From a virus (lineage: Duplodnaviria > Caudoviricetes): a stretch of 64,000 bases of DNA. Below, one piece after another: positions 10,625 to 19,808 of this stretch (position 1 is the stretch's first letter; every line of letters begins with the position of its first letter). The stretch lies in IMG/VR virus record IMGVR_UViG_3300032265_002598, positions 64,001 through 128,000 of that record. One strand, written 5' to 3'. The position numbers were made by a program, and so were the translations under genes. The notes beneath the pieces are model-generated. The model ran no database searches. It was not told the DNA's origin and was given only the letters and a program-made list of their open reading frames with translations.

Positions 10625-13066
10625 ATGGCTACTTTATTTTTTGAAGGCTTTGACAAAGGAGTAGTTTTTAATGAACTAGATCCTAAGTACTGGTCTACTC
10701 AATTCAAATATTTTCCCAAATACTCTTTTGGTGGATATGCTCCAACTACTATAGAAGATCAAGCTATGGATGGAATATTTGGAAACAATATAGGTGCAGA
10801 TAAATTGGCTTTCATATATAAATATTCTACTCCAGTATCTATCAATGGTTTGGTTCCTAGCGGAAGATATACCGACAATAGAGCTGTTTTAGATGGCCAA
10901 TATGGTAGCACAGCTTATACTAAAAATTCTTATCCTGGTTTTGGAAGTCCACCAGGATTTTTAGCATTTACTAATATAGAACTAGAAAATAGTACTAGTG
11001 TAGAATATCCAACATACTTACAGACTAGTGGATTTCCAGTTTCAACAGGAAACATATCATATCTGTCAATGAGATGTCTTGGTTTGGAATCAAAACACAC
11101 AGACTACTCTTCATATCCTTATCGACACACGCTATTCAGTTTTAATAGCGGAGATTTTCCTTCTTTAACTGTTAACATTGTTAAAATAACTGGAAATAAT
11201 TTATTATCCATTAATAATAAGAAAGAAACATTAGCAATAGAGATACAACAGAATGATCAAACTCTTGGTTATTTTGACCTTAATCTTTCTGGAATAATTA
11301 GTCGATACCAGATAAGTTCTATTTTTAATTCAAGCAATAATAAAATACTAACTATTACAGATACTAATAGAGGAGATGGATTTAGTGCTATGATTAGTAG
11401 ATGGTGTCATTTAGAATTTTCAGTAGATAAATCCACAAGTCCTCCTTTGTTATATATTAATGTCGAAGATATTAATTTACCAGTAGTAAATACAGGAATA
11501 GCTAAAGAACTATGGGATACTAGTCTACCAATCAGTGGTTTTAATTTTAATAACTTGCGTTTTTATAATAGAACATACTCTAGCTCTATAATGAATGGAG
11601 TTACTGCGTCTATCCAAGGACAAGATATATGGAAAGATTCATGGTATTACATGAATGGAAGAGTATGGTTGTTAGACGACCTGGCTCTGGTAGATAACAC
11701 AGATCCCCCTCCTTCATATTGGTTGGGGAGTACTGCTAAAGTGATGTCAATATATCCTGGCGTTAGTGGTAGCTTAGTAGATAATTATGGTTTTTCTGAT
11801 GGATTATTAAAATGGTTTAAAGATCCAAATGTTCGTTCTATATCAAGGACTGTTACTGATGATTCTACATATGTACAAACATATTCTGATTATAGTAGTC
11901 ATCGACGAGCTTTTTTAATTCCAGATGCTGATGGAAATAATATAGAAACTATAGATAGCGGTAATATTGATGCTATTATAATGACCAAACCAAACTATCT
12001 TTTAAATACCCTGTACAATTCTTTCGACACTGAATCAATTTGGAGAGGTAATTTTAATGATGCTATTGGAGGAATGAAAGTTTATAATAGTGCTAGAAAA
12101 AAATATCTTGATACAAAATTTATTAATGTATTATATTCAGGACAAAGCGATATTTATGAACCAAACATTTCTTTGCTTTTGCATGGAGATTCTAGTCCTA
12201 TCATAGATAATGCCACAATTCCAAAAACTCTTAATATTTATGGACAAACTAATTCTACAGCTTCAATTAGTAAAATGGGTACTCGTAGTATTAGTTTTCC
12301 AAATAAGAATTCTTACATATATTTAAATCATCCAGACCTATCATCTTCTCCTTTTACAATAGAGTCATGGGTTTATTTTCCAAATAACACAACATCTGTT
12401 TCTTTATTTGATAAAGTTTCTTTACCAGCATTAGATACTATTGTTGTTGATCCTCAAGATTTTAATTCTAAATTTTATTCTTTTAGTGCTAATATTAGTG
12501 GAATCCAGTATATATCTGATTATGCGAATAATTATAACCCACATAAAGTTATTAGACAATTAATTTTTCCAAGTAATGCATCCACTGGAGTTTGGCATCA
12601 TGTTGCTATTACTAGAAATTCTAGCAATAATATAGTATGCTATCTTGATGGTCAGTCAGGAAATTCGTATAAATTATCAACCAGTGGAAACTTTTTTGGT
12701 GGATCTGATTATGAAACAACAGGAACATTTAATACTATTTATACTATTCCGAATGCTGTATCTGATATATCATCTTATTTTATTTCCTATAACAGCACTA
12801 AACCATATCTTAGTATTGGTAAAGATGGATATATAGATGAATATAGAATAACTTCGGGCATTAATCGTTATCCAACTAATTTTAATGTTCCAACTTTACC
12901 ATTTAAAACTAAAGCAGATGACTATGTAGAGATTGGTCCTGCTCATAATGTTACTAAAACTAGCTATAAAACATATCAATATTATGTTAATCAAAATCCG
13001 ATCACACAACAAAACTGGATATTACCAGATGTTACTGGTTTAGTTTTTGGAGTCAAAAAACTATGA
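10625..13066 (+). CDS. Virion/tail protein with LamG (concanavalin A-like) domain
   Basis: LamG hallmarks at about 12170-12905: SLLLHGD, FTIESWVYF, WHHVAITR, YLDG, GYIDEYRIT...RY. AGGAG RBS. Confidence 0.75.
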   Translation: MATLFFEGFDKGVVFNELDPKYWSTQFKYFPKYSFGGYAPTTIEDQAMDGIFGNNIGADKLAFIYKYSTPVSINGLVPSGRYTDNRAVLDGQYGSTAYTKNSYPGFGSPPGFLAFTNIELENSTSVEYPTYLQTSGFPVSTGNISYLSMRCLGLESKHTDYSSYPYRHTLFSFNSGDFPSLTVNIVKITGNNLLSINNKKETLAIEIQQNDQTLGYFDLNLSGIISRYQISSIFNSSNNKILTITDTNRGDGFSAMISRWCHLEFSVDKSTSPPLLYINVEDINLPVVNTGIAKELWDTSLPISGFNFNNLRFYNRTYSSSIMNGVTASIQGQDIWKDSWYYMNGRVWLLDDLALVDNTDPPPSYWLGSTAKVMSIYPGVSGSLVDNYGFSDGLLKWFKDPNVRSISRTVTDDSTYVQTYSDYSSHRRAFLIPDADGNNIETIDSGNIDAIIMTKPNYLLNTLYNSFDTESIWRGNFNDAIGGMKVYNSARKKYLDTKFINVLYSGQSDIYEPNISLLLHGDSSPIIDNATIPKTLNIYGQTNSTASISKMGTRSISFPNKNSYIYLNHPDLSSSPFTIESWVYFPNNTTSVSLFDKVSLPALDTIVVDPQDFNSKFYSFSANISGIQYISDYANNYNPHKVIRQLIFPSNASTGVWHHVAITRNSSNNIVCYLDGQSGNSYKLSTSGNFFGGSDYETTGTFNTIYTIPNAVSDISSYFISYNSTKPYLSIGKDGYIDEYRITSGINRYPTNFNVPTLPFKTKADDYVEIGPAHNVTKTSYKTYQYYVNQNPITQQNWILPDVTGLVFGVKKL

Positions 13067-13995
13067 GTGAATACAAAAGAATAAGATTACGAAGAGCACA
13101 AAGCGGAGAATGGTTTTCAGCTAATCCAACTCTTGGTCTAGGAGAACCAGGATATGAAACCAATTCACAAAGATTAAAAATAGGAGATGGAATATCTGCA
13201 TGGTCTGGCTTAGACTATATAAAAGTTCATCCATCTTCTATATCATATCCTAATATTTTATTTTCTATTTATGATGGATCTGAACCTAGAATAAATCTGA
13301 ATCTATCTAGTGGAGACTATTTGAATGTTATAGGTTCCGGTGACACAGAAGTGAAATATAATGCTTTTAGTAACACAATGACTATTAATACTCAAGCAGG
13401 ATCTTCATTTCTTACTGCTGCTAATATAGCAGATAGATTAGGCTATGTGCCACAAAGATCTGGTCAGTATAGCTTATTGGGTCATACTCATATTATTTCA
13501 GAAATCAATGGATTATCTGGAATATTAGATAGCAAACAGCCTAGTGGCAATTATGCTTCTAGTGGACATATTCATACTTTCTCTATAGGAGATGGGACTG
13601 CCAGTAGAATTAATTATAATTCTAATGAGAGGCTAGATATTATTGGTGATGGATATACGAATATAAATTATAATAATGCTAACAATAGTATTACTATCAG
13701 TTCAATTGGTAATAGTGGAGTAGTATCTTTTAATAACAGAACAGGAGTGGTAAATCTTTCTTTTCCTGATGTAACAGGAGCATTAAATTATACCCCTCAA
13801 CCAGTTGGTAATTATGCTCTTTCTGGCCATCATCATCCAGTATCCGATATTACAGGATGGAATCAATTTCCATTTAGAACCCCACCAGCTTCTTTATCAC
13901 AAGGAATAGCAGGAGAAATTTGTTGGGATTCATCTTATCTATATATTTGTATAGCTAGTAATCTATGGCATAGAATACCTCACTATGGCTGGTAA
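13063..13995 (+). CDS. Tail fibre protein with Mtd_N-like N-terminal domain
   Basis: The N-terminus RIRLRRAQSGEWFSANPTLGLGEPGYETNSQRLKIGDGISAWSGLDY matches the major tropism determinant N-terminal pattern. It has three HxH motifs and a fibre-type C-terminus (GEICWDSSYLYICIASNLWHRI), and overlaps the previous stop. Confidence 0.8.
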   Translation: MSEYKRIRLRRAQSGEWFSANPTLGLGEPGYETNSQRLKIGDGISAWSGLDYIKVHPSSISYPNILFSIYDGSEPRINLNLSSGDYLNVIGSGDTEVKYNAFSNTMTINTQAGSSFLTAANIADRLGYVPQRSGQYSLLGHTHIISEINGLSGILDSKQPSGNYASSGHIHTFSIGDGTASRINYNSNERLDIIGDGYTNINYNNANNSITISSIGNSGVVSFNNRTGVVNLSFPDVTGALNYTPQPVGNYALSGHHHPVSDITGWNQFPFRTPPASLSQGIAGEICWDSSYLYICIASNLWHRIPHYGW

Positions 13996-14013
13996 GGTGT
14001 AATTAATAATAAG
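13996..14013 (+). promoter_or_regulatory. Candidate phage promoter motif GGTGTAATTAATAATAAG
   Basis: Directly follows the stop of 13063-13995 and precedes the neck/tail-tube gene run; similar to 10547-10564. Confidence 0.35.
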
Positions 14014-14038
14014 CAATTATTCTTTTGAGGAAAATATT

Positions 14039-14572
14039 ATGGCCAACCCTTTTGAAGCTTTGATATCTCCAGAATTTAAAACGCTGTATAATCAAGCAAT
14101 TGATGCAATATTGGCTAATACTGCGCTCTCCGTTCCTTGCATTATATCCTATGGATCTTCTAATAACTCATTATGTAATAATTGTTTATATGATCCTATG
14201 TCTCAAAGATCTTTACATAAATATAATGGAACTGGTCCGGTAGCTTTTGCTGATAGTAGTATTTGTCCAGTTTGTAATGGATATGGATTGATTGATAAAG
14301 CTAAGGAAGAAACTATTTACATGGCAGTTCTTTTTGATAGTAAATACTGGTTTAATTGGTCAACCAAACCAGATGCTATTAATATATCAGATGGTATGGT
14401 ACAGACAATATGCCCGATAGCATTATTGCCAAAAATAAAAAATGCTCAATATATTACAATTGATAAAAATATAGAAAATTATGGTGGTTATACATATGTC
14501 ACTGCTGGAGATCCTCAACCTTGTGGTTTAGGAGAGAATAGATACATTGTTACTATGTGGTCAAGAGCATGA
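14039..14572 (+). CDS. Putative head-tail joining/neck protein with Zn-finger (CxxC...CxxCxGxG)
   Basis: GAGG RBS; CNNC and CPVCNGYG motifs; first of three genes before the tail tube. Function is from synteny only. Confidence 0.5.
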   Translation: MANPFEALISPEFKTLYNQAIDAILANTALSVPCIISYGSSNNSLCNNCLYDPMSQRSLHKYNGTGPVAFADSSICPVCNGYGLIDKAKEETIYMAVLFDSKYWFNWSTKPDAINISDGMVQTICPIALLPKIKNAQYITIDKNIENYGGYTYVTAGDPQPCGLGENRYIVTMWSRA

Positions 14573-15213
14573 GAATAACAGCAAAAATACTAGAGTCTGA
14601 CTCATATATTAGAAATCAGATACTAACCAGTATTAAAGAACATATGGAGCAGGCTTTTAAAAAAGCCGTACCTGCTCTATCTAAATCTATACCACAAATA
14701 GTTTATAAGGTAATAGTAGGAGAACCAGAATATCAATCTTTATTATCTGGTAAATTAAAGTACGAATTCGGCATACCTTCATCTGCTCAAAAGGTAAATG
14801 ACATTGTTGATATATGGACTAAAAATATTACTATCAATGCCACTCCAATAACCATGTCATCCTCTGGTTTGAGAGGTGGATTTAACATCAATATGATTAA
14901 AGATAATTATGAAGATGTACTAACTAGTGACTCAGCTTTAGTCACAGACAGCACTAGCCAAGCTGTACTTCCATGGTTAGAGTGGCTATTATTATATGGA
15001 GATAAAATTATTGTTAGAAACTATGAGGTGGTAATTGGTCCTAGTCCATATTCAAGAACTGGATTAGCTATTATGAAACCATCTAAAAAGAATTGGAGAG
15101 TTCCACCAGAATTTGCTGGTACAAAAAATAGCAATTGGATTACTAGAGCATTAGAAAAATTAGATGAATCCATACCCGATCTTATTCAAAAAGAAATTGA
15201 GAACCAGATATGA
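14569..15213 (+). CDS. Putative neck/tail-completion protein
   Basis: The likely start is the ATG at 14569, overlapping the upstream stop (ATGA), rather than the GTG at 14557. Assigned by position between adaptor-like and terminator-like genes. Confidence 0.45.
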   Translation: MRITAKILESDSYIRNQILTSIKEHMEQAFKKAVPALSKSIPQIVYKVIVGEPEYQSLLSGKLKYEFGIPSSAQKVNDIVDIWTKNITINATPITMSSSGLRGGFNINMIKDNYEDVLTSDSALVTDSTSQAVLPWLEWLLLYGDKIIVRNYEVVIGPSPYSRTGLAIMKPSKKNWRVPPEFAGTKNSNWITRALEKLDESIPDLIQKEIENQI

Positions 15214-16172
15214 GTTGTGAAAATTATACTAAATTTAATAATGTTACTAAAATAGGAGATAATTATTTACTTAGTCAATTAGAAGAAAACCTTAAAGCTT
15301 TTTTAGATTGGGGTTTCTTAAATATTGGTGGATTTATTAATGTAAAAATTCCTACTAGTGGTTTATATGGTGGCACTTTTCATGAACTAAAAACATCAGA
15401 TCAAGCTGGTTTTACAAAAGGACAAGTTTGGCAAACGCCAAAAAAAGAATGGGTATGGGAAACGGGAGTGGTATATAATAATACTCAACCAAAAAATATT
15501 AGTAGTATTAAAGTAAATAATGTAGATTATCCAGCACCAACTGGTAGTGGTTCTATATCATACCATATTAATTATCCTCTTGGACAAGTAGTATTTGATA
15601 AACCATTGCAAGCAAATGCATCTGTTAGTATGGAGTATGCTTATAGATGGTGTCAAGTATATAAAAGTACAACAGATCCTTATTGGACAGAATTACAAGG
15701 TGCTACATATGATCCTACGCCAGCCATAGGACAAAGAGATAAAGGATATTATCAATTATCTTCTAATCATAGGATACAAATGCCATGTATAGTCATAGAA
15801 CCCATAGCTTCTAGTTCTTCTAAAGCTTGGCAAATTGGTGGAACAGATTTTATAATTTCTCAAGATATACTATTACATGTATTTGCAGAAAATGCTCAGG
15901 ATCAAAATAAAATAACAGATATTCTTAGATTACAAAAAGAAAAAACCATTTGGTTATATGATGTAAATAAAGTGGTCAATAGTGGAGTAAATCCATTAAA
16001 CTATCAAGGATCTTTAAATAATAATGGTAAAATTTATTGTGATCTAGCTACAAATCCGACATATCAATGGCGAAGATGTTTTTTTAAAGACATAGTTATA
16101 ACTGATATGGAAAGTCGAAATAAAAATTTATATTGGTGTACAATAAGATTAACGACCGAAGTTATCATTTAG
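15210..16172 (+). CDS. Putative tail terminator protein
   Basis: Immediately upstream of the tail tube gene. The C-terminal region (MPCIVIEP...QDILLHVFAENAQDQNKITDIL) fits a terminator-like pattern; ATGA coupling. Confidence 0.5.
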   Translation: MSCENYTKFNNVTKIGDNYLLSQLEENLKAFLDWGFLNIGGFINVKIPTSGLYGGTFHELKTSDQAGFTKGQVWQTPKKEWVWETGVVYNNTQPKNISSIKVNNVDYPAPTGSGSISYHINYPLGQVVFDKPLQANASVSMEYAYRWCQVYKSTTDPYWTELQGATYDPTPAIGQRDKGYYQLSSNHRIQMPCIVIEPIASSSSKAWQIGGTDFIISQDILLHVFAENAQDQNKITDILRLQKEKTIWLYDVNKVVNSGVNPLNYQGSLNNNGKIYCDLATNPTYQWRRCFFKDIVITDMESRNKNLYWCTIRLTTEVII

Positions 16173-16194
16173 CCAAATTTAATGGAGACATCTC

Positions 16195-17292
16195 ATGGCC
16201 AACCGTATTTATTATGCCTGCCAATCTGTTCAAATTAACGGACCAAGTGGTACATTATCTGGCAAAAATCCAGCATACGACACCATACAAGGTTTACAAA
16301 GTGTTGGTATGAATACCAACTTTAATCTAGAGCCAGTTTATCAAATGGGTCAGATTCAACTATATGATAACTATGAAGAAATTCCAGAAGTTGAAATCAC
16401 TCTTAGCAAGGTTCTTGATGGTTATCCCACAATTTACTCAATGGCTATGGGCACAGGCACACTAGCTAATTTGGCTAATAATCGTTGTGGTGTAAGAATG
16501 CAGCTATTCCCTGATACTCAAACAGTAGCTACTGGAACACCATTAGCTTCAGTTGAATGTGCTCCAGCTTACGTTTCTTCAGTAAGCTACAAGTTTCCAA
16601 CAGAAGGCAACTTTACAGAGGACGTTACACTAGTATCTAATGATAAGTATTGGGCTACTGGTACTTTAAGTAATACAGATGCTGTACTAGTTACTGAAAG
16701 TCCAAATCCAGATGTTGGCATTTTACGCAGAGGTTTATGGAGCAAGAACAGTGTTCTTCCCAATTCAGGTATTGGCTCAACTATTTCTGGTATTTATTCA
16801 TCTAATAGTGGTGGTATTCCTTCTGGTTCCAAAATTAATAACGTTACTGTTAGCATGAATCTTGGTCGTGAACAGATTCGTGAACTTGGTAGTAGAACCC
16901 CCTATTATCGTTATATCAAATTCCCTGTTGAAATTACAACAGAAATTGAAGTAACAGCTATTGGTGGTGATATGGTTGGTGTTTATGGATCAAGTAATGC
17001 AACTTGCAGTAATCCTAAAGCACTAACTAATAAACAAATTATTATTAGATTGTGCGATGGTACTACTCTTGATCTTGGTAGCAAGAACAAGCTAACCAGC
17101 GTTAATTTCACCGGTGGTGATACTGGCGGCTCAAATGCAACAATCACCTATAGCTATACTACTTATAGTGAGTTCACTTATACTGGACCAACAGGAACTA
17201 CAGGCTATCAATCTCCTGGTTCAGGGCTTGCCTATAATGATCCAAGTGGCGTAGTAGAAAGTGGTCTACCAGTTGCAGGCGTAGATTATTAA
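16195..17292 (+). CDS. Major tail (tube) protein
   Basis: 365-aa beta-rich protein with GGAG RBS and tube-like motifs (IQGLQSVGMNTNFNLEPVYQMGQ; RYIKFPVEITTEIEV), upstream of chaperone-like genes and the TMP. Confidence 0.65.
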   Translation: MANRIYYACQSVQINGPSGTLSGKNPAYDTIQGLQSVGMNTNFNLEPVYQMGQIQLYDNYEEIPEVEITLSKVLDGYPTIYSMAMGTGTLANLANNRCGVRMQLFPDTQTVATGTPLASVECAPAYVSSVSYKFPTEGNFTEDVTLVSNDKYWATGTLSNTDAVLVTESPNPDVGILRRGLWSKNSVLPNSGIGSTISGIYSSNSGGIPSGSKINNVTVSMNLGREQIRELGSRTPYYRYIKFPVEITTEIEVTAIGGDMVGVYGSSNATCSNPKALTNKQIIIRLCDGTTLDLGSKNKLTSVNFTGGDTGGSNATITYSYTTYSEFTYTGPTGTTGYQSPGSGLAYNDPSGVVESGLPVAGVDY

Positions 17293-17330
17293 TAGTTAAT
17301 TTAACATAAGACACAGGTTCGAGGACTAAT

Positions 17331-17465
17331 ATGGAAGATATTTTTTCAGTAATAGGTAAGCTTTATTTAGAGCTACTACAAAGTCAAAAAGTAATAGAAA
17401 GTCTGCAAAAAAAACTAGACGAAATGTCTAATTTGCAGACTTCTGTTATTTCTACAGATAACTAA
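17331..17465 (+). CDS. Small coiled-coil protein (44 aa) missed by the ORF track
   Basis: GAGGA RBS, ATG at 17331, MEDIFSVIGKLYLELLQSQKVIESLQKKLDEMSNLQTSVISTDN*, filling the gap between the tube gene and 17468. Confidence 0.65.
   Translation: MEDIFSVIGKLYLELLQSQKVIESLQKKLDEMSNLQTSVISTDN
17399..17442. other. Long RNA hairpin within the 44-aa ORF
   Basis: Perfect 11-bp outer stem AAGTCTGCAAA/TTTGCAGACTT plus inner stem TAGAC/GTCTA with a GAAAT loop. Confidence 0.5.
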
Positions 17466-17467
17466 AT

Positions 17468-18514
17468 GTGAATGAAACTAGGAAATATGAAATACTAGTT
17501 CATAGGATATTGTCAGGAAAGCAAATTTTTTCTCATAATAACAATACTTATGAGCTTAGGAAACCCTCTTTATCTTTAAAGATGAAAGCAGACTTATTAT
17601 ATATTTCTGCTTATGAAAATAATATTTATAGTGATTTTATTCTGATGGAAGATATTGATGAGCTATTATTTGAGACAAATATTATTAGCAGAGATCATAA
17701 AAAAATCTTAGCTAAGATAGAAAAAAGTTTAGATAATCAAAAAATCAGTCTTTATAAATCATATTATGATAATACTCAAAAAAATAAAATCAAACAAAAA
17801 ATAAAAAACACTAGAGAAGATATTAATAAATTTTACCAAGAGCAACATAGTTTAGATTATCTAACCCTAGAACATTATTGTGATAATATTAAGAATGAAT
17901 TCATTATTACAAATTCTTTATATCACTGTGACTCTGATAAATTAGTTTTTGATTATAATATTCCTATATCATTTAATCTTTTTAATAGTATCATGTCTAT
18001 TATTTCTCATAATGTTATTGATGTTTCCACATACAAAGCAATAGCTCGTAGCGATTATTGGAAAAATTATTGGAATAATAATAAAACAAATATATTAGAT
18101 GAACCAGTTAAAGAATGGTCAGAAGAACAAAAAAGTTTGATTAATATTTCTTGTATGTATGATAAAATACATGAACATCCAGAGTGTCCTAAAGATGATA
18201 TTATAGATGATGATGATGCTCTTGATGGATGGATGTTAGTTCAAAGACAAGAAAATGAGAAACAAAAAAAGGAAAAAGGTGTAGATAGTATGTTGAGTGG
18301 CAAGATAAGGGATTCTGCGGAAGTATTTTTGATGGCTGGAAATAGAGAACAAGCACAGGATATATTTAGTCTTAACTCGGAACAAGGATTACGAACAATA
18401 CAAGATAAAATGAACATGGTCATATCTAGTGATGTTCCAGTACGAGATGCAGAATTACCGGATGTAAAAGCTAGGATATTTAATCAATTAAAGGAACAAC
18501 AGAAACGAGGTTAG
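17468..18514 (+). CDS. Hypothetical protein in the tail assembly chaperone region
   Basis: 348-aa helical, charged ORF with a GTG start, between the tube gene and the TMP. Confidence 0.55.
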   Translation: MNETRKYEILVHRILSGKQIFSHNNNTYELRKPSLSLKMKADLLYISAYENNIYSDFILMEDIDELLFETNIISRDHKKILAKIEKSLDNQKISLYKSYYDNTQKNKIKQKIKNTREDINKFYQEQHSLDYLTLEHYCDNIKNEFIITNSLYHCDSDKLVFDYNIPISFNLFNSIMSIISHNVIDVSTYKAIARSDYWKNYWNNNKTNILDEPVKEWSEEQKSLINISCMYDKIHEHPECPKDDIIDDDDALDGWMLVQRQENEKQKKEKGVDSMLSGKIRDSAEVFLMAGNREQAQDIFSLNSEQGLRTIQDKMNMVISSDVPVRDAELPDVKARIFNQLKEQQKRG

Positions 18515-18515
18515 T

Positions 18516-18830
18516 ATGTACGATCCAGATAGACTTAAATTTTATATGGAAAGAAGAATTCAAACAACAATGATTGGAGCATTAGCTCGTATTGAAGAAA
18601 ACCTTGGATTTTTATGGGGACAACATAAAGATGGTGAGCTTACAAAAGAAGAAGAAGAATTTGCTGACATTTGGGATTTTACCAGAAATCAAATTTTGAA
18701 TAATGGTAATAATCAAATTAGACAAATTAAAGAAGACTTTTATAGATATGGTGGTATATTTAAATCAAGATATCACTATAATTTCCCAGTAACAAAAAAT
18801 CAAGATAATCAAAACTCTCAGGAAGGATAA
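18516..18830 (+). CDS. Hypothetical protein (104 aa) in the tail chaperone region
   Basis: GAGG RBS, tightly packed with neighbours. Confidence 0.6.
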   Translation: MYDPDRLKFYMERRIQTTMIGALARIEENLGFLWGQHKDGELTKEEEEFADIWDFTRNQILNNGNNQIRQIKEDFYRYGGIFKSRYHYNFPVTKNQDNQNSQEG

Positions 18831-18833
18831 ATA

Positions 18834-19727
18834 ATGAAAACTGAAAATTTTAGTGTTGTAGTTGATGGTGTCGAAAAGCATTTTACTGTTAGATCACCTT
18901 CTTTAAATGATCAAAGAGAAGGACAGAAAGCATACAATCAAGCTTTTACAGACGCTATCAAGTCTAAATCTGTTGTTAGGGCCAAGATGGACGATCTCCT
19001 TGAAGAACAAGGTTTGTGGAATCCGGAAAAGCAAAGAAAATTTGCCGATTTGCAACAAGAATTAATAGACGGAGAAAAGAAACTTGCCAAAGGTGGTTTC
19101 GGTCTTAAAGATGCTAAAGGACTGGCTTTAAGAATGAAAGAAATTAGATCAGAAATTAGAGATCTAATTAGTGTTCGTACCTCTTTAGATAACCATAGTG
19201 CAGAAGGTCAAGCTGATAATGCTAGATTTAATTATTTAGTCTCGGCTTGTGTGGTGTATAAAGATACAAATGATCCCTATTTTCGCAGTTTAGAAGAGTA
19301 CTTAAATAAGGCCGACGATCCTGTTGCCTTGATGGGTGCTCAGAAATTGGCCAGTATGATTTATGGTTTAGATAATAATTTTGAAAAGAATTTACCTGAA
19401 AATAAATTCCTTCAAAAGTATAAATTTGTTGATGAGAAACTAAGACTGGTAGACAAGAGAGGTCGGTTGGTAGATGCTGATGGTCGATTAATTGACGAAC
19501 AAGGTCGATTTATTGATGAGGAAGGCAACTACATTGATAAGAATGGTAATAGAGTCGACAGAGATGGTGATTATGTTGTCGATGCTGAACCATTTTTAGA
19601 TGAAGAAGGAAAACCTGTAGTTTTAGAACAAGACACCAAACCCGAAGTGACTAAAGATGAGACAACTACAACTACAGTATCAGAACCAGTCCCAGCAGAA
19701 ACCCCAGTACCCCCTGCAACTACTTGA
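18834..19727 (+). CDS. Putative tail assembly chaperone with 7-aa DxxG repeats
   Basis: Gene directly upstream of the TMP; helical N-terminal part, acidic repeat-rich C-terminal part; GGAAGG RBS. Confidence 0.55.
   Translation: MKTENFSVVVDGVEKHFTVRSPSLNDQREGQKAYNQAFTDAIKSKSVVRAKMDDLLEEQGLWNPEKQRKFADLQQELIDGEKKLAKGGFGLKDAKGLALRMKEIRSEIRDLISVRTSLDNHSAEGQADNARFNYLVSACVVYKDTNDPYFRSLEEYLNKADDPVALMGAQKLASMIYGLDNNFEKNLPENKFLQKYKFVDEKLRLVDKRGRLVDADGRLIDEQGRFIDEEGNYIDKNGNRVDRDGDYVVDAEPFLDEEGKPVVLEQDTKPEVTKDETTTTTVSEPVPAETPVPPATT
19443..19610 (+). repeat. Tandem 7-residue repeats (x-h-h-D-x-x-G)
   Basis: RLVDKRG RLVDADG RLIDEQG RFIDEEG NYIDKNG NRVDRDG DYVVDAE PFLDEEG. Confidence 0.85.
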
Positions 19728-19755
19728 TAATTTATTTACATCTTTTTTCACCATC

Positions 19756-19797
19756 GAAACACCATGTTGTATCATTGCAGCGTGGTGTTTCTTTTTT
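19756..19797 (+). terminator. Intrinsic terminator upstream of the tape measure gene
   Basis: GAAACACCATGTTGTA-TCAT-TGCAGCGTGGTGTTTC forms a 16-bp stem including G.U pairs, followed by T6. Confidence 0.75.
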
Positions 19798-19808
19798 GAG
19801 GTACAATA

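Noticed and set aside
933-13995. Diversity-generating retroelement, suggested by the Mtd_N fibre and the 201-nt repeat pair
   Set aside because: There is no reverse transcriptase in the window. Repeat differences include many synonymous T/C and non-A changes rather than adenine-specific ones. Both copies are in frame mid-gene, and the Mtd_N protein lacks a C-type lectin variable end.
17406-17431. -1 frameshift (A AAA AAA) fusing the 44-aa ORF to the 17468 ORF, as in lambda G/GT
   Set aside because: The -1 frame is the frame of 17468 but hits TAA at 17429-17431 before reaching it.
18265-18288. A AAA AAG slippery heptamer in the 17468 ORF
   Set aside because: The -1 frame stops at TAG 18286-18288, and such heptamers are common in this AT-rich DNA.
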